A stretch of DNA of 64,000 nucleotides from a virus. The notes beneath the pieces were generated by a model that ran no database searches, was not told the DNA's origin, and saw only the letters and a list, made by a program, of their open reading frames with translations. Every line of letters starts with the position of its first letter. Position 1 is the first letter of the stretch. This document shows, piece after piece, positions 19,862 to 31,204 of this stretch. A program made the position numbers and the translations under genes. The DNA lies in the IMG/VR virus record IMGVR_UViG_3300046387_001332, one strand, 5' to 3'.

Positions 19862-22800
19862 ATGGCAACTAATTTACAATATATTCAATCCGAACCGTCG
19901 GATGATAAAAAACTTACAAGAGGTTATTTTGTAAACAAAGACACTCTAGATCTTTCGTATGAACTGAACCCAACGGAATATATTTTTGGAAAAAGTCCAA
20001 AAGACACCCTTGAGTTCACTGTGTATAATTTAGACCAAGAAAAACTTGGGTGGAAGAATATCGAGGACACACCGGTGTATGAAAATCAAGTTCTAAATTA
20101 CACAGATTACAATGGAGATTTTATTTCAGGAACAACTCAGGTATTTTCTCAGAACTACTCATTAATAGGAAATGAGGTTTTTGTATCACCAAGTGCTGAC
20201 TTGCAATCTCTCGAACTTGATCGTGGGAGTTATTATATAAGGTATAGTTTTTTAAATAATATATGTGGTTCTTTTGAAAATCCAACAAAACTTGTAATAG
20301 CAGAAATATCACAAACCAGAACCGAGGTTAAAATTATACCCGAGTGTTTAAAGACATCATCAAACCCAAGTGACGCATCTTTGACATTCGAATACTTAAA
20401 TTTAATAAATAAAAGAATTCCTGGACCTTCACTATACAATTTCACAGAAAACTTTATTAAAAAAATAGATGTAAGGGATTTATCTTTTCAAGACGAAATT
20501 GCATCTCTTGTAGAAAACTACGAAGATGTATTAAATAAATCTAAACAAGTATTGGGTACTGATTTAGTAAAAGATGTTTATGAATCAATAGAAAGCATAA
20601 ACAAAAAACTGATAGATCTTTACAAAAATATTTTACTATCAAAATATAATAATGTATTTACACAAAGTGATTACTATTTTGAATTTTTAAATTCTATTAA
20701 TTACTTGGTGAGTGTTCACCCAAGATTAGGAGACTCCCAAGTTGATGAAGATGTTATAAATTTTTACAAAACAGTTTTAATTTCACTATTTGATGTAGAT
20801 TATTTAAACTCTTTGTTTGTAGATAGATTTGATACATATTTAAATAATTATATAAATTTTGGAGAAGGTGAAAAGTATCCGTTGATTTCAGTTACACCTA
20901 CATTAGAAAATCAAAGTGATGAACAAAAACACCAACCTTGTATTTTAAAATTATTTGATCCACTACCAACTAACATAGCAGTAGGTCAAAAACTTTATTT
21001 GTCGTCGTCAATTTACTCTGATGATGTAATGCAAAAAACTAATTTTTTTAAAACAAGCAAAGTATCTGCTTTTAAATTAAGAGGACCCGACAGATTCAAG
21101 ATAATATCAACGAGTGGAACGACTCAACTAAATCGAGACGAGTTACAAAATGAGACTGAACCAAAACTTGATAAAGCAACTAAATCAATATCAAATTATT
21201 TTTCGGAAGATATAAATGTAAATAACCACGACTACTCGGACTTTAAAGATTTCGTAAAATTTTCATCAGCAAGCAAACAACTTGAAATATTCATAGCAAA
21301 GCATTCTAAAATCTCAGATTTAATAAATAAAATAGATGCTATTGAATACGATATTCTATCATTACAAAAAAGAATAGAAAGCAATCTTGCAACAGAAGAA
21401 GATGCTTCTGATGCGATTAATATATTAAAAAAGATTGATTTGGATAATTACAAAAAAAGTCTCGATGAATTACTTTATTCTTTAACCGACTATGAAAGAT
21501 TTTTGTTTTATGAAGAGTCTGACAATGCGTTTCCAAGAAACGAGTACATTTACATATCTGGCATAACAGGATTAAACGAAACTGCGAATGGAAGATATAT
21601 TAAGTATGGATACAACGACGGAAAATATGATTTTAAACACACAAACGGAAATTGGTTTATATGGTGGGAAGTTGAAGAAGCATCTTGGATTTTATCTGAT
21701 ACTCGTTATTTCAAATTATCAAATTGGATAAAAATAAACGAAGATTCTTATTATTTTACATATAACATTTCTGAACTTACAAGTGAGGGATTTAATGAGT
21801 CTGATAGAATTGTATCTAATCGTGAGTTAGTACGTGTAGGACCCGAAATAGGAAAAATAGCACCGGACTATATATCCACAAGAGCAAAAGAGTGGACTCA
21901 GTCATTATCATATCAATGGTTTCAAAAAAAGCATAAAGAAGCATCATACTACGACAGAGAAAACTACGAATCGTTGGCAATGAACATTCCTGAGTTTTTA
22001 AGAAGAAACGAAGAAAATGACGAATTTATTGATCTTTTAAATTTGGTAGGATTGCACTTTGATCATATTAATGGATACATAGAAAATTTAGGAAATTCAA
22101 GGAAAATAAGAAATAAAAATACAAAAGGAATACCAGATAAATTAATTTATTATTTTTTACAATCACTTGGAATAAATTTTGCAGGACAAAATATAAATCT
22201 CGATGATATACAAAAAAGCAATGTAAATGACAAAGAGACACAAACATATCGTAGAAATCAAATTTGGAGAAGAATCCTAAATAATCTACCGTATATTTTA
22301 AAAACAAAAGGAACATTATCTTCAATAACGGCATTGTTAAGGTGTTACGATATTCCTGATCATTTATTTAGCATACGAGAATACGGAGGTGCATCTGAAT
22401 ACTCTGACAAAGAAGGTGACTCGGCATTTACATTTGACACATATGATTATGGTCTAAGCATTTCACATGAAAATCAGTATATTCAACTACCGTGGTCATA
22501 TGAAAATAAAAAAGCAAGTTCTCTTGAACTAAATATTATATTTGATTCCAGTATCAATAATGGTTCTCACCGTGTAAAGCTAATAGAGGGTGAGAGTTGG
22601 GAACTTGGGGTACAGTTCTTAGCAGAAAACGATGGAGATTATGGTAGATTTTATATGCGTGTCGGTGAGCATGAACAAATGTGTCCTTCGGAATTAAAAA
22701 ATCCTGTTTATATGTGGTTTGAAGAAGGTTTTGATATTTTAGTTCAGAGAAGTGAATCATTTAACAGATTAAAACGAAAAACAATATCTTTGTATGTTAA

Positions 22801-25800
22801 AAGAAAAGTAGATAACAAAATTGTATTTAGTGAGAATACTGATATTATTATTGATGAAAAAAATTACGAGTCGTTTTCAAACGATGACTATATTTTTATA
22901 GGAAACTATACCGACCACACATACAAAGGAGTTATAAACAGGTTGAGGGTTTATGCTTCACCCATTTCTGAAGATAAATTTGAAAACCACGTATTATTCT
23001 CTCAATCATATAATATATCTGATTTCTATAATCTCAGAGATACTTTATTATTTAAAAGTAATCTTGATTATCCACTTGATCTGTCGGACACCGCAAACTA
23101 TAAAACTGGATATGGAATATTAAATAATAGTGCATTTAGCAAAGATTTAAAATCTCATGCAAGGTGTTTTAATTTTATTAAGAAAGAATTTCCCTTTGAT
23201 TTCGTGGGTAGGTACAAAAAAGAAATTGCCGATTTACCCGGATATGGAAACCATGCTTTCAATAATAATAAAATTAGAAACGAATCACAGGAATTAATCT
23301 CAACTTTAAACCCAAGATTTAGTGCTACAAAAAAATCATTAGACAGAGCTGGTAAAGATTCAAATACAGTTGGTTTGTTTTTTGGTTCTAGTATACCCTT
23401 AAACGAAGAAATAATCAAATTTTTTGGAAAATTTAAATTAGGAGATTACATTGGAGACCCATCCTATTATGATAAACGTAAATATAAGGAATTGGAAAAT
23501 TTAAGAAAAGTGTTTGTAAGAGAGGGGTTTTCTAAAATAGATTGGTCAAATTATCTTAATACATTGAAAGCATATTTAGACGAATCTTTATTTGAAAATT
23601 TTGAAAAATTATTACCCGCAAGAAGTCGTGTTATTGCCGGATTGGTAGTAGAACCAACAATACTAGAACGATCTAAATTTAAAGGAATCAATGTCGATAA
23701 TGAAATTCAAACCAATTATCAAAATATTACGATAGTAAATTCAACTGATAAAATAAAACCACTTAAAAACATTAGATTATCAGGTAGAAACAAAAATAAA
23801 GATATTGTATCATTTGCAAATGAAAAAGTTTTTGTAAATAAACCCGACAATGAAAACAAACTGTGTATTACCGCAGATAGTATGTATAAGAAAGTTGTAG
23901 GTAAAACTAACAAGACAAGTTTATACAATAATTTTTATGGAGAATTAAACTCCAACTCACTTGAATCTGATATACCGACATTCGGTCATGTATTTAAAGA
24001 CGGAAACTTATATAGAACAGAATACACATCTAATGAATTTTATTATGACACTCGGTGGAAATCTGGATTGGTTGATTATACTATATTAACAAAATTTTAT
24101 ATAGATATAAAAATACTAAAAAAAGATACAATTAATGTAGATGAAAGACGTTTAATAAGTTCGGCCGAGGGAAGATATACTTCCCAACGAAATGTAAACA
24201 AAAAAATATGTTTTAAAAACTCAGCAAATACTTGGTTTATTTATTACGAACCTTATGTAGACCAATGGGTTTTGATTAAATACGACCCAAGAAAAGTTAG
24301 AAACACGGAAACACTTCTATCAGATGGATCAATAATAAGATTTTATGCAAATGTAGATTCCGATAAATATTTTCCATCTGACTTTAATATTGTTGTGCCA
24401 AATGAAATATCTAAATTATTAGGTAATTTTACAATTTGGAGTCCATTTTTTTTAAATAACAAAAAATCAGGACCTTTAAATTCCTACAAAAAATATGAAC
24501 TAAGCACAGGTGTAACTTTTAACTCTAATAAAAGAATGAGATTATCAGGAACTGTAAACGGAGTAATTGATTGTCAAATATCTGGTTTATTTAACGGAAC
24601 ATATACACTTATATCAAACATAAACGGAGAGGAGGTAATAGAACGAAAGACTGGTGTAATTAGATTTAGAAATCAAAAAATAAAAGTTAGATTAGAAGGA
24701 TTTTTCACAGGTATTCTTGAAAACGGTTTTGTTGGAAACAAAAATACAGATTCTAAGTTTATTTTAAGTGACGGACTTTACAATAATCAAAGATTTGGTG
24801 GGTGTTATTTTAGCAAAAAATATATGTTTGGAGATATAAATGAAATAGTAGAAAATCATCCAGACAATGTAATAGTAAACTTAGATTTATACGATCCAAC
24901 TAAAGTAAATAAATCTAATTACAACTTTAAAAATCAAGTGTTGGTAAAAACACCAAAGTATGTAGGTTTTAATTTTTCAAACATAATAAATTCTACTAGA
25001 AAATTAGAAATAAAAAAAGAATCAGAAAATAAAATATTTTATGAAAACGGAATTCCAATGAGGAATACCAAGGTCAAATATGAAAATAGTTTTATTCACA
25101 AAACACGTGATGTTTTAATTAACCCACTGATTACTAAGTTAAAATTTAACACTAATGTTAAAATAGAAACTACTGAAATAAAAAATATTAAAGTAATTGC
25201 ATATCATACCTCTTATGTAGACAGAGATTTAAATAAAGAATTAGAATATAGAGTAAAATTTTTAAGAGAAAGTGAACAGGAGAATATTGAATTTTTGCTT
25301 AAGTTTGTATACGACAGAAAGCAAGAGTTGTATAATTGCAATTTTAATTTATTTTCTTCTGGATTAAACTTGGAAGAAAACAAAGTTTATTCATCTTCAT
25401 TTATAAGTCCTGATATTGTAATTGAAAATGATTTAGAACTAAATAACTTATCTAATGAAATCTATTCCAATACAGAACTTAATATAAAACTTACTAAAAA
25501 TGATTTTGAAAGTGAGTTAAATACCGGAAGATATTTGATTTTAAAATACAACAATTCTGAGTTTGACGATCACTTTATTTACTTAATGTGTTTAATGGAT
25601 GATTCAGTTGATCATATACTTAATTTAAGTTCTAACAATTTTATAGAGAATACAAAAGATCAAATATCATATGGGGGTATCAATTATTACAGAAATGAAG
25701 TAATAGATGGATATGATGTAAAATCTGACATTATAGAAATTATCCAAAACAAACATAAACTATTGGACCAAACACTTGATATAGGTGACGATGTTACTCT

Positions 25801-28800
25801 TGAGGTATCTGCTAATAGTAAAATGAAATATTATTCAGCAGTAAATCGTGAGTTAAATAATGATGCCGACGATGATGAAGAGGCAATTATATACACACAC
25901 GATACACTTGATGCAATTTCTAATATTAGCATAAATGATAAATTTTTATCTTATAGTTGTGAAATAAGACCACTTTTAAATCAAGCATACTATAATGAAA
26001 GCAATTCGTTAACAAAATATTTTCATGTAATCGGAACTGATGAATATAAAGGATTTTATATAAATGACTTTAATGGCAGATGGATTACTGCAAATGGTCA
26101 ATATTTTAGAAGTTACAGAAAAAACAAAAAAAATTCTTATATACATGAATCTGGAAACTGGTTAGTCTTCTATAGCATAACTAAACCAAATTGTAAAAAG
26201 GACTCAATAAAAGGTGCGTGGGTTTTGTTAAAAATAGATTCCACAAACTTTGCGGAAAAGGAAGAAGGTGAATTGTTTACAGATCAATTTATATGGATGT
26301 ACGGATTTAAACAATCCGAATTTAATGGAAATGTAAATAACGATTCTAATGAAATTTCTAGTGTAAAGTTTAGTACAAATTTTGGAACGGGACCAACTGA
26401 CACAGATTTATTATACGAGTCAAATATAGATTTATACGAAGACTTATCTAAAGATGAATTGTTTATTCAAACTGAGTCAACCAAGTCTTCTCGTAAAATT
26501 ATAGACTCTTCGTTTACAATAATACCTGTAAAGGATAAATTTCGATTTGCAGATAAATATGCAGTCAACTATATTGGTGCCAGAAACAATATATTAGCAT
26601 GGTCTGTGATAATAAAGTCAGTCGAGAATAAACTACCACCGAGGGCAGTGTATTCAAAGGTTTATCCGGAAAAGGATTTAGATGTAACAGTTGAAGTATC
26701 GTATGAAAATGCGTTTGAAAAAATTCTTCCAAAGGTAAGATTACTTGGTTCGGATGTACGTACATCAACAATAAATAAAATAGAAGGAACGTATTACAAA
26801 ACAACAAAAATTATTAACAAATATCCTGTTTTTAGAAATGCACACGACTATTACATTTATTATGATACATACACAGACAAAGACGGATCAATGAATGTTT
26901 GGGTAGTTGGTGATGAAATAATACCATTAACCGATCCAGTAAATTCGATTGTAAACACAGGCAAAGTAATTTTTATATCAGATTCGGGTGCGTGTGTAAC
27001 TGATGAGTTTTATTTTAGACTTGGATACGACTTGACTCCAAATATATTTTCATATAACGACAGAGACTTGGTTGTGGCAGAGGGGTTTAGAAATGCAAAA
27101 CTACTTGACGACAGAGACACGATAATTGAGTGGGGTGCTAGAAGAAACATAGATGCGTGTTCTGTGTGTGATGATAACAATTCGTCTTCGTATTCGGTAA
27201 AAATAATACCAGAAAATGCATCTTCTTTGTATATAGGTCCACGAATACAAGTTGATGATATAAGTGGGGAGCTAAACATCAGTATCAAGTGTAACAGACT
27301 AGATTGCACAGGTGACCTTTTTGATTTTTACGGGAACTACAAGAAATCCGATCAGTTTGGGGATTTTCAAAATCCCGTATACTTTAACAACAATACCGAA
27401 AATGTTCAATTTGAAATTACCGACACGGGTTGGGAACTTGGATATAATGTGGTTATATTTAATGATACTGTTAGTTTTATAAGTTCAAAAAATAAAAGAG
27501 TCAAAAATTTTGATTTGAAATACGAATATCCAAAATATGGAACATATATTGCAGACACGGGAAGTGTGGTTAATATTGAAATAGAAAAAGACGAATATGA
27601 TGATGTAGTTTTACTATCAAGTTCGGATGAAGTAAAATTCAACAATAAAATTTTTACAAAATCACATCAGTTACATAACCAAAGAGGTGTCTGGCACTGT
27701 AATGAAGAATTATTTATTTATTATTTTAGAAACGAAATAAACAATAAAGAGGGGTGGTGTGTTAATGACATATTGACCAACAAGAATGTAAAATATAAAC
27801 AAAACATAAGACTTAATAGCAATGGTCGTGACCTTGATGAAATATATGGTGTTTATTATATGGAACGAGGTGGTGTAATAGACTTCAATATAGAAAATTG
27901 TTTGGTTGCAAATGCAGAAGTTTTATTTACTACAACAGGACGAGAAAGTATAAATTCTACAAAACAAATAAATGAATCTGATCCAAACTCGTTCGCATAT
28001 AGAGTAAGTACCCGTGGGTCATCAAAAGTTGACACAGATGCATTTGAAGTTAGAAAACTTACCTCGTCTTCAAGTAACTTAATTGAGACATATATCCCAT
28101 TTCAGTTTAAATATAAACCATCGTGCTTTGAACGAGATGTAAGAAACAATCCAGTTTTTAAAATAGAAACAAACGGAAAGTTTGACTCAAATGAAAAGTT
28201 AAAAATAGACATAAACTATTTAGATTTTCAAAACACGATAAGTGTTGAAAATAAACTATTAGACTCGTTTGATCGTGTAACCGGTACAAATAAACTTAGC
28301 AGACATATAGAGTTATATAGAAACGACACAGATCAAGACACATCAAGCACTCGTTCTATTGTGAAACATTTAATTGGAAAACAAATTTCTGATAATATGC
28401 CAGAAATTAAAAGAATTAATTTAAATATAGATTTGGATGTTGATTACTTTAGAGACAGAACACGAATCTATGATAATGAGTTTTTAATAGAAGAAGATGA
28501 AGACTTGGTAGAATCTTTTAGAGATGACGGAGACGAAGAAGATGCGAAGGTTGATCGTATCGTAGAAATAAAACAACTAAACAAATATAAAGTAAACACA
28601 GAATATAGATTGTGTGATGTTAATAGAATAAAAACACCTGGTAAATTAGTATCTCAGACAAAATCAAAACTACACAAAAGTAGTAAACGGAGATTGTTTA
28701 GAAGAAATAGTATAAATGATGTAAATTCAACTATAGATATGTTTTCTGGTGATACAAACAAAACATCTCCAATAATAAGGACAAGATCAGTTTTTGACCG

Positions 28801-30106
28801 AGTCGGAGTGGAAAGTGGTTCACCAGACTCATTTTGGTTTATTGACGACATCCCTGTTGAGTCACAACAAGATTATTCGGAAGAACCCACACCAATTAAA
28901 GGTTGGTCCGATATTAATATTGAAGTTCGTGATAATCTCGAATTACATTATGTATTTAATAATTCACGTGAAATAAATTATCCAGAAACACCAACACCTT
29001 CACCTTCACCTTCACCATCTAGGTCTAGGACGAAAACAAAAACAACTACTCAAACGAAAACAAAAACTAAAACCCCAACATATACACCCACACCAACAAA
29101 AACACCCACACCAACACCAACTAAAACTCCAAGTATGTCAGCATCATTGTCCTATTCAAATACAAAGTCAATATCGTATAGTAAGTCAATAAGTTATTCA
29201 AAATCGAGATCATATACCGATTCCGGTACTCCAACAAGATCTTCATCTAGGAGTATATCATATTCAAAATCAGAAAGTGCTTCAAAATCATATTCACAAT
29301 CAAAAACACCAACATTAATACTTCCAAATAGTTTTGATGTAACTCAGGACGGAATGACACTTAGTTCAGTGATTTATATAACAGGTGGTCATTTATTAAA
29401 TAAACAAATATTTGCAAGTTTGGCAGAAGTATCTGGTGTTGATCCAAATACATTCAACAACGCATCATTGAGTGGTGCTTACGCCCTTACCACATTTGCA
29501 AACGGTGGAAGGTGGGAACACATTGATTCTGAAAATGGAATAAGACTACAAATTTATCGTGACAATCAAAACTGGTGGTATATTGCGGTGATTGATTATG
29601 CAAATGTAAAATTTAATAAACCGATATTTTTTGCTAGAGATATTAGTGTACGTCCTGAAACATTTGATAATTGGACACAGGACAAGCCATTAGAGTGGGG
29701 TCAACTATTTACCCATCCTGAATTATTTGCAAATGTACCCACAAGTCTAAAAGATAAAGCAAACACATATAATGTAGATTCACAAAAAGAAATTCCATTT
29801 GATGTTGATCCAGACTCTCCGTATGTAATAACTTTAAAAATAAAACCAATTACTGGCTCATCATCAATGGCAGATGTAATTACAGAAAGTGATGTTGTGT
29901 ATTTTCACGATTGGCAACTAGACTCAAGTGTATGTGATAATTACGAAAATGCACTCAACTTTACTTATAGAATAACTGAAGTAGTATCTAAGAATCCAGA
30001 CGGGTGGACACTTAAATTACAAAATACAATGTTTACAAATCCAACATTTATGTGTCCGATTGAGGTAATACAGAAATTTGGATATGTAACGATAATAAAG
30101 GCATAA
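19862..30106 (+). CDS. Giant (3414 aa) baseplate/tail-associated protein
   Basis: Wedge-like segment (NIPEFL...LNLVGLHFDHI...ILKTKGTLSSITALLRCY...IREYGG), internal LamG-like region, dispersed aromatic beta modules, Thr/Pro/Ser tract. Confidence 0.7.
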   Translation: MATNLQYIQSEPSDDKKLTRGYFVNKDTLDLSYELNPTEYIFGKSPKDTLEFTVYNLDQEKLGWKNIEDTPVYENQVLNYTDYNGDFISGTTQVFSQNYSLIGNEVFVSPSADLQSLELDRGSYYIRYSFLNNICGSFENPTKLVIAEISQTRTEVKIIPECLKTSSNPSDASLTFEYLNLINKRIPGPSLYNFTENFIKKIDVRDLSFQDEIASLVENYEDVLNKSKQVLGTDLVKDVYESIESINKKLIDLYKNILLSKYNNVFTQSDYYFEFLNSINYLVSVHPRLGDSQVDEDVINFYKTVLISLFDVDYLNSLFVDRFDTYLNNYINFGEGEKYPLISVTPTLENQSDEQKHQPCILKLFDPLPTNIAVGQKLYLSSSIYSDDVMQKTNFFKTSKVSAFKLRGPDRFKIISTSGTTQLNRDELQNETEPKLDKATKSISNYFSEDINVNNHDYSDFKDFVKFSSASKQLEIFIAKHSKISDLINKIDAIEYDILSLQKRIESNLATEEDASDAINILKKIDLDNYKKSLDELLYSLTDYERFLFYEESDNAFPRNEYIYISGITGLNETANGRYIKYGYNDGKYDFKHTNGNWFIWWEVEEASWILSDTRYFKLSNWIKINEDSYYFTYNISELTSEGFNESDRIVSNRELVRVGPEIGKIAPDYISTRAKEWTQSLSYQWFQKKHKEASYYDRENYESLAMNIPEFLRRNEENDEFIDLLNLVGLHFDHINGYIENLGNSRKIRNKNTKGIPDKLIYYFLQSLGINFAGQNINLDDIQKSNVNDKETQTYRRNQIWRRILNNLPYILKTKGTLSSITALLRCYDIPDHLFSIREYGGASEYSDKEGDSAFTFDTYDYGLSISHENQYIQLPWSYENKKASSLELNIIFDSSINNGSHRVKLIEGESWELGVQFLAENDGDYGRFYMRVGEHEQMCPSELKNPVYMWFEEGFDILVQRSESFNRLKRKTISLYVKRKVDNKIVFSENTDIIIDEKNYESFSNDDYIFIGNYTDHTYKGVINRLRVYASPISEDKFENHVLFSQSYNISDFYNLRDTLLFKSNLDYPLDLSDTANYKTGYGILNNSAFSKDLKSHARCFNFIKKEFPFDFVGRYKKEIADLPGYGNHAFNNNKIRNESQELISTLNPRFSATKKSLDRAGKDSNTVGLFFGSSIPLNEEIIKFFGKFKLGDYIGDPSYYDKRKYKELENLRKVFVREGFSKIDWSNYLNTLKAYLDESLFENFEKLLPARSRVIAGLVVEPTILERSKFKGINVDNEIQTNYQNITIVNSTDKIKPLKNIRLSGRNKNKDIVSFANEKVFVNKPDNENKLCITADSMYKKVVGKTNKTSLYNNFYGELNSNSLESDIPTFGHVFKDGNLYRTEYTSNEFYYDTRWKSGLVDYTILTKFYIDIKILKKDTINVDERRLISSAEGRYTSQRNVNKKICFKNSANTWFIYYEPYVDQWVLIKYDPRKVRNTETLLSDGSIIRFYANVDSDKYFPSDFNIVVPNEISKLLGNFTIWSPFFLNNKKSGPLNSYKKYELSTGVTFNSNKRMRLSGTVNGVIDCQISGLFNGTYTLISNINGEEVIERKTGVIRFRNQKIKVRLEGFFTGILENGFVGNKNTDSKFILSDGLYNNQRFGGCYFSKKYMFGDINEIVENHPDNVIVNLDLYDPTKVNKSNYNFKNQVLVKTPKYVGFNFSNIINSTRKLEIKKESENKIFYENGIPMRNTKVKYENSFIHKTRDVLINPLITKLKFNTNVKIETTEIKNIKVIAYHTSYVDRDLNKELEYRVKFLRESEQENIEFLLKFVYDRKQELYNCNFNLFSSGLNLEENKVYSSSFISPDIVIENDLELNNLSNEIYSNTELNIKLTKNDFESELNTGRYLILKYNNSEFDDHFIYLMCLMDDSVDHILNLSSNNFIENTKDQISYGGINYYRNEVIDGYDVKSDIIEIIQNKHKLLDQTLDIGDDVTLEVSANSKMKYYSAVNRELNNDADDDEEAIIYTHDTLDAISNISINDKFLSYSCEIRPLLNQAYYNESNSLTKYFHVIGTDEYKGFYINDFNGRWITANGQYFRSYRKNKKNSYIHESGNWLVFYSITKPNCKKDSIKGAWVLLKIDSTNFAEKEEGELFTDQFIWMYGFKQSEFNGNVNNDSNEISSVKFSTNFGTGPTDTDLLYESNIDLYEDLSKDELFIQTESTKSSRKIIDSSFTIIPVKDKFRFADKYAVNYIGARNNILAWSVIIKSVENKLPPRAVYSKVYPEKDLDVTVEVSYENAFEKILPKVRLLGSDVRTSTINKIEGTYYKTTKIINKYPVFRNAHDYYIYYDTYTDKDGSMNVWVVGDEIIPLTDPVNSIVNTGKVIFISDSGACVTDEFYFRLGYDLTPNIFSYNDRDLVVAEGFRNAKLLDDRDTIIEWGARRNIDACSVCDDNNSSSYSVKIIPENASSLYIGPRIQVDDISGELNISIKCNRLDCTGDLFDFYGNYKKSDQFGDFQNPVYFNNNTENVQFEITDTGWELGYNVVIFNDTVSFISSKNKRVKNFDLKYEYPKYGTYIADTGSVVNIEIEKDEYDDVVLLSSSDEVKFNNKIFTKSHQLHNQRGVWHCNEELFIYYFRNEINNKEGWCVNDILTNKNVKYKQNIRLNSNGRDLDEIYGVYYMERGGVIDFNIENCLVANAEVLFTTTGRESINSTKQINESDPNSFAYRVSTRGSSKVDTDAFEVRKLTSSSSNLIETYIPFQFKYKPSCFERDVRNNPVFKIETNGKFDSNEKLKIDINYLDFQNTISVENKLLDSFDRVTGTNKLSRHIELYRNDTDQDTSSTRSIVKHLIGKQISDNMPEIKRINLNIDLDVDYFRDRTRIYDNEFLIEEDEDLVESFRDDGDEEDAKVDRIVEIKQLNKYKVNTEYRLCDVNRIKTPGKLVSQTKSKLHKSSKRRLFRRNSINDVNSTIDMFSGDTNKTSPIIRTRSVFDRVGVESGSPDSFWFIDDIPVESQQDYSEEPTPIKGWSDINIEVRDNLELHYVFNNSREINYPETPTPSPSPSPSRSRTKTKTTTQTKTKTKTPTYTPTPTKTPTPTPTKTPSMSASLSYSNTKSISYSKSISYSKSRSYTDSGTPTRSSSRSISYSKSESASKSYSQSKTPTLILPNSFDVTQDGMTLSSVIYITGGHLLNKQIFASLAEVSGVDPNTFNNASLSGAYALTTFANGGRWEHIDSENGIRLQIYRDNQNWWYIAVIDYANVKFNKPIFFARDISVRPETFDNWTQDKPLEWGQLFTHPELFANVPTSLKDKANTYNVDSQKEIPFDVDPDSPYVITLKIKPITGSSSMADVITESDVVYFHDWQLDSSVCDNYENALNFTYRITEVVSKNPDGWTLKLQNTMFTNPTFMCPIEVIQKFGYVTIIKA
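28982..29315 (+). repeat. Low-complexity Thr/Pro/Ser/Lys coding tract inside the giant ORF
   Basis: Encodes PETPTPSPSPSPSRSRTKTKTTTQ...TPTPTKTP...SISYSKSISYSKS. Confidence 0.75.
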
Positions 30107-31135
30107 ATGGAAACAGAACACACAACGCATTTACATTATAGTGTAAAGGACCTTTCTGGAAAAAAAAGAAAAGGACACTTACACGGAAAAATAATTGATG
30201 GTGGTGCAACCCGTGATACATCAAAGTTCGCACATCTTGGAAACGACATAACAAATATTGAACTAGAGGAAGGTGAAGTTTACACACCAAGTGATTATGT
30301 TGATGTAATAGGTGGTTCTGATATCTTGACTAACTCACTGACAATTGCAATGTGGATAAACTTTCGTGGAGAAAGCAATCCAAAAGAATCATTAATTCAT
30401 ACACGTGGAGACTCTGACAAATTTTCATTTATGGTAAATATAAATGATTCCGAAGGAGATGACGAATTAACCGGTTTACTTGGATACACATGGAATAATT
30501 CAAAAGAAAATGTATCAACAAGTGAAGGTGCAAGTACAAAGTGGAAATATCCGTTTGTTTCATTTGAAGAACAAATTCCAAAAAATAAATGGACCTGGTT
30601 GGTCTTAATGCTATATCCATCAGGAACAACTCGTCTTTTTGTTGATAATGTATATAAGTCAGTATATGACGAGGGTTATATTCGTGATAAACTATTATTA
30701 AAGGATATAGAAATAGGTAGATTCAGTGGTTATGTTGATTCAATTTATTTATTTTCTGACAATCTTGATTATGGTAATGTTGAACTAGGAGAGTCTGCAA
30801 AATACGATTTGGAGTACTTATATAATACAAGTAGAACAACTCCATTGCAACCAAAGGTTATACAACGACCCCCTAGAAAAAAGACTTTATATGAGGGAAT
30901 ACCCTTTTATTATATGCAGGATGATGAATATTTAGAAGCAAATTCTGAATATAATAATAGAACACAAAGCAGAGTTGATGGGGGTGAGTATCTTCACAAT
31001 GTGATAAGATCACAAACTCAGGAAAATTTGAATTTACAAAAATATGAAGTAAACGGTGGACCTAATTCAGGTGCCCGTGTATTTGCTGATAATAAATTTA
31101 TGTCTTTTGTTGGTGAACTTAGAGAAAATAGTTAA
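30107..31135 (+). CDS. LamG/concanavalin A-like domain protein
   Basis: KDLSG, LTIAMWINF, NKWTWLVL, RLFVDN, IGRFSGYVDSIYLF. Confidence 0.75.
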   Translation: METEHTTHLHYSVKDLSGKKRKGHLHGKIIDGGATRDTSKFAHLGNDITNIELEEGEVYTPSDYVDVIGGSDILTNSLTIAMWINFRGESNPKESLIHTRGDSDKFSFMVNINDSEGDDELTGLLGYTWNNSKENVSTSEGASTKWKYPFVSFEEQIPKNKWTWLVLMLYPSGTTRLFVDNVYKSVYDEGYIRDKLLLKDIEIGRFSGYVDSIYLFSDNLDYGNVELGESAKYDLEYLYNTSRTTPLQPKVIQRPPRKKTLYEGIPFYYMQDDEYLEANSEYNNRTQSRVDGGEYLHNVIRSQTQENLNLQKYEVNGGPNSGARVFADNKFMSFVGELRENS

Positions 31136-31204
31136 TTGATGTGTAAAAAAAACTAATATATAAATATTTATTAAAACAGAACGAACTAAATATATATATT
31201 TATC

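Noticed and set aside
19859-30109. Stop-codon reassignment suggested by in-frame TAA-ATG junctions
   Set aside because: TAA terminates most well-defined genes (capsid, portal, terminase) and standard-code coding density is already near complete.
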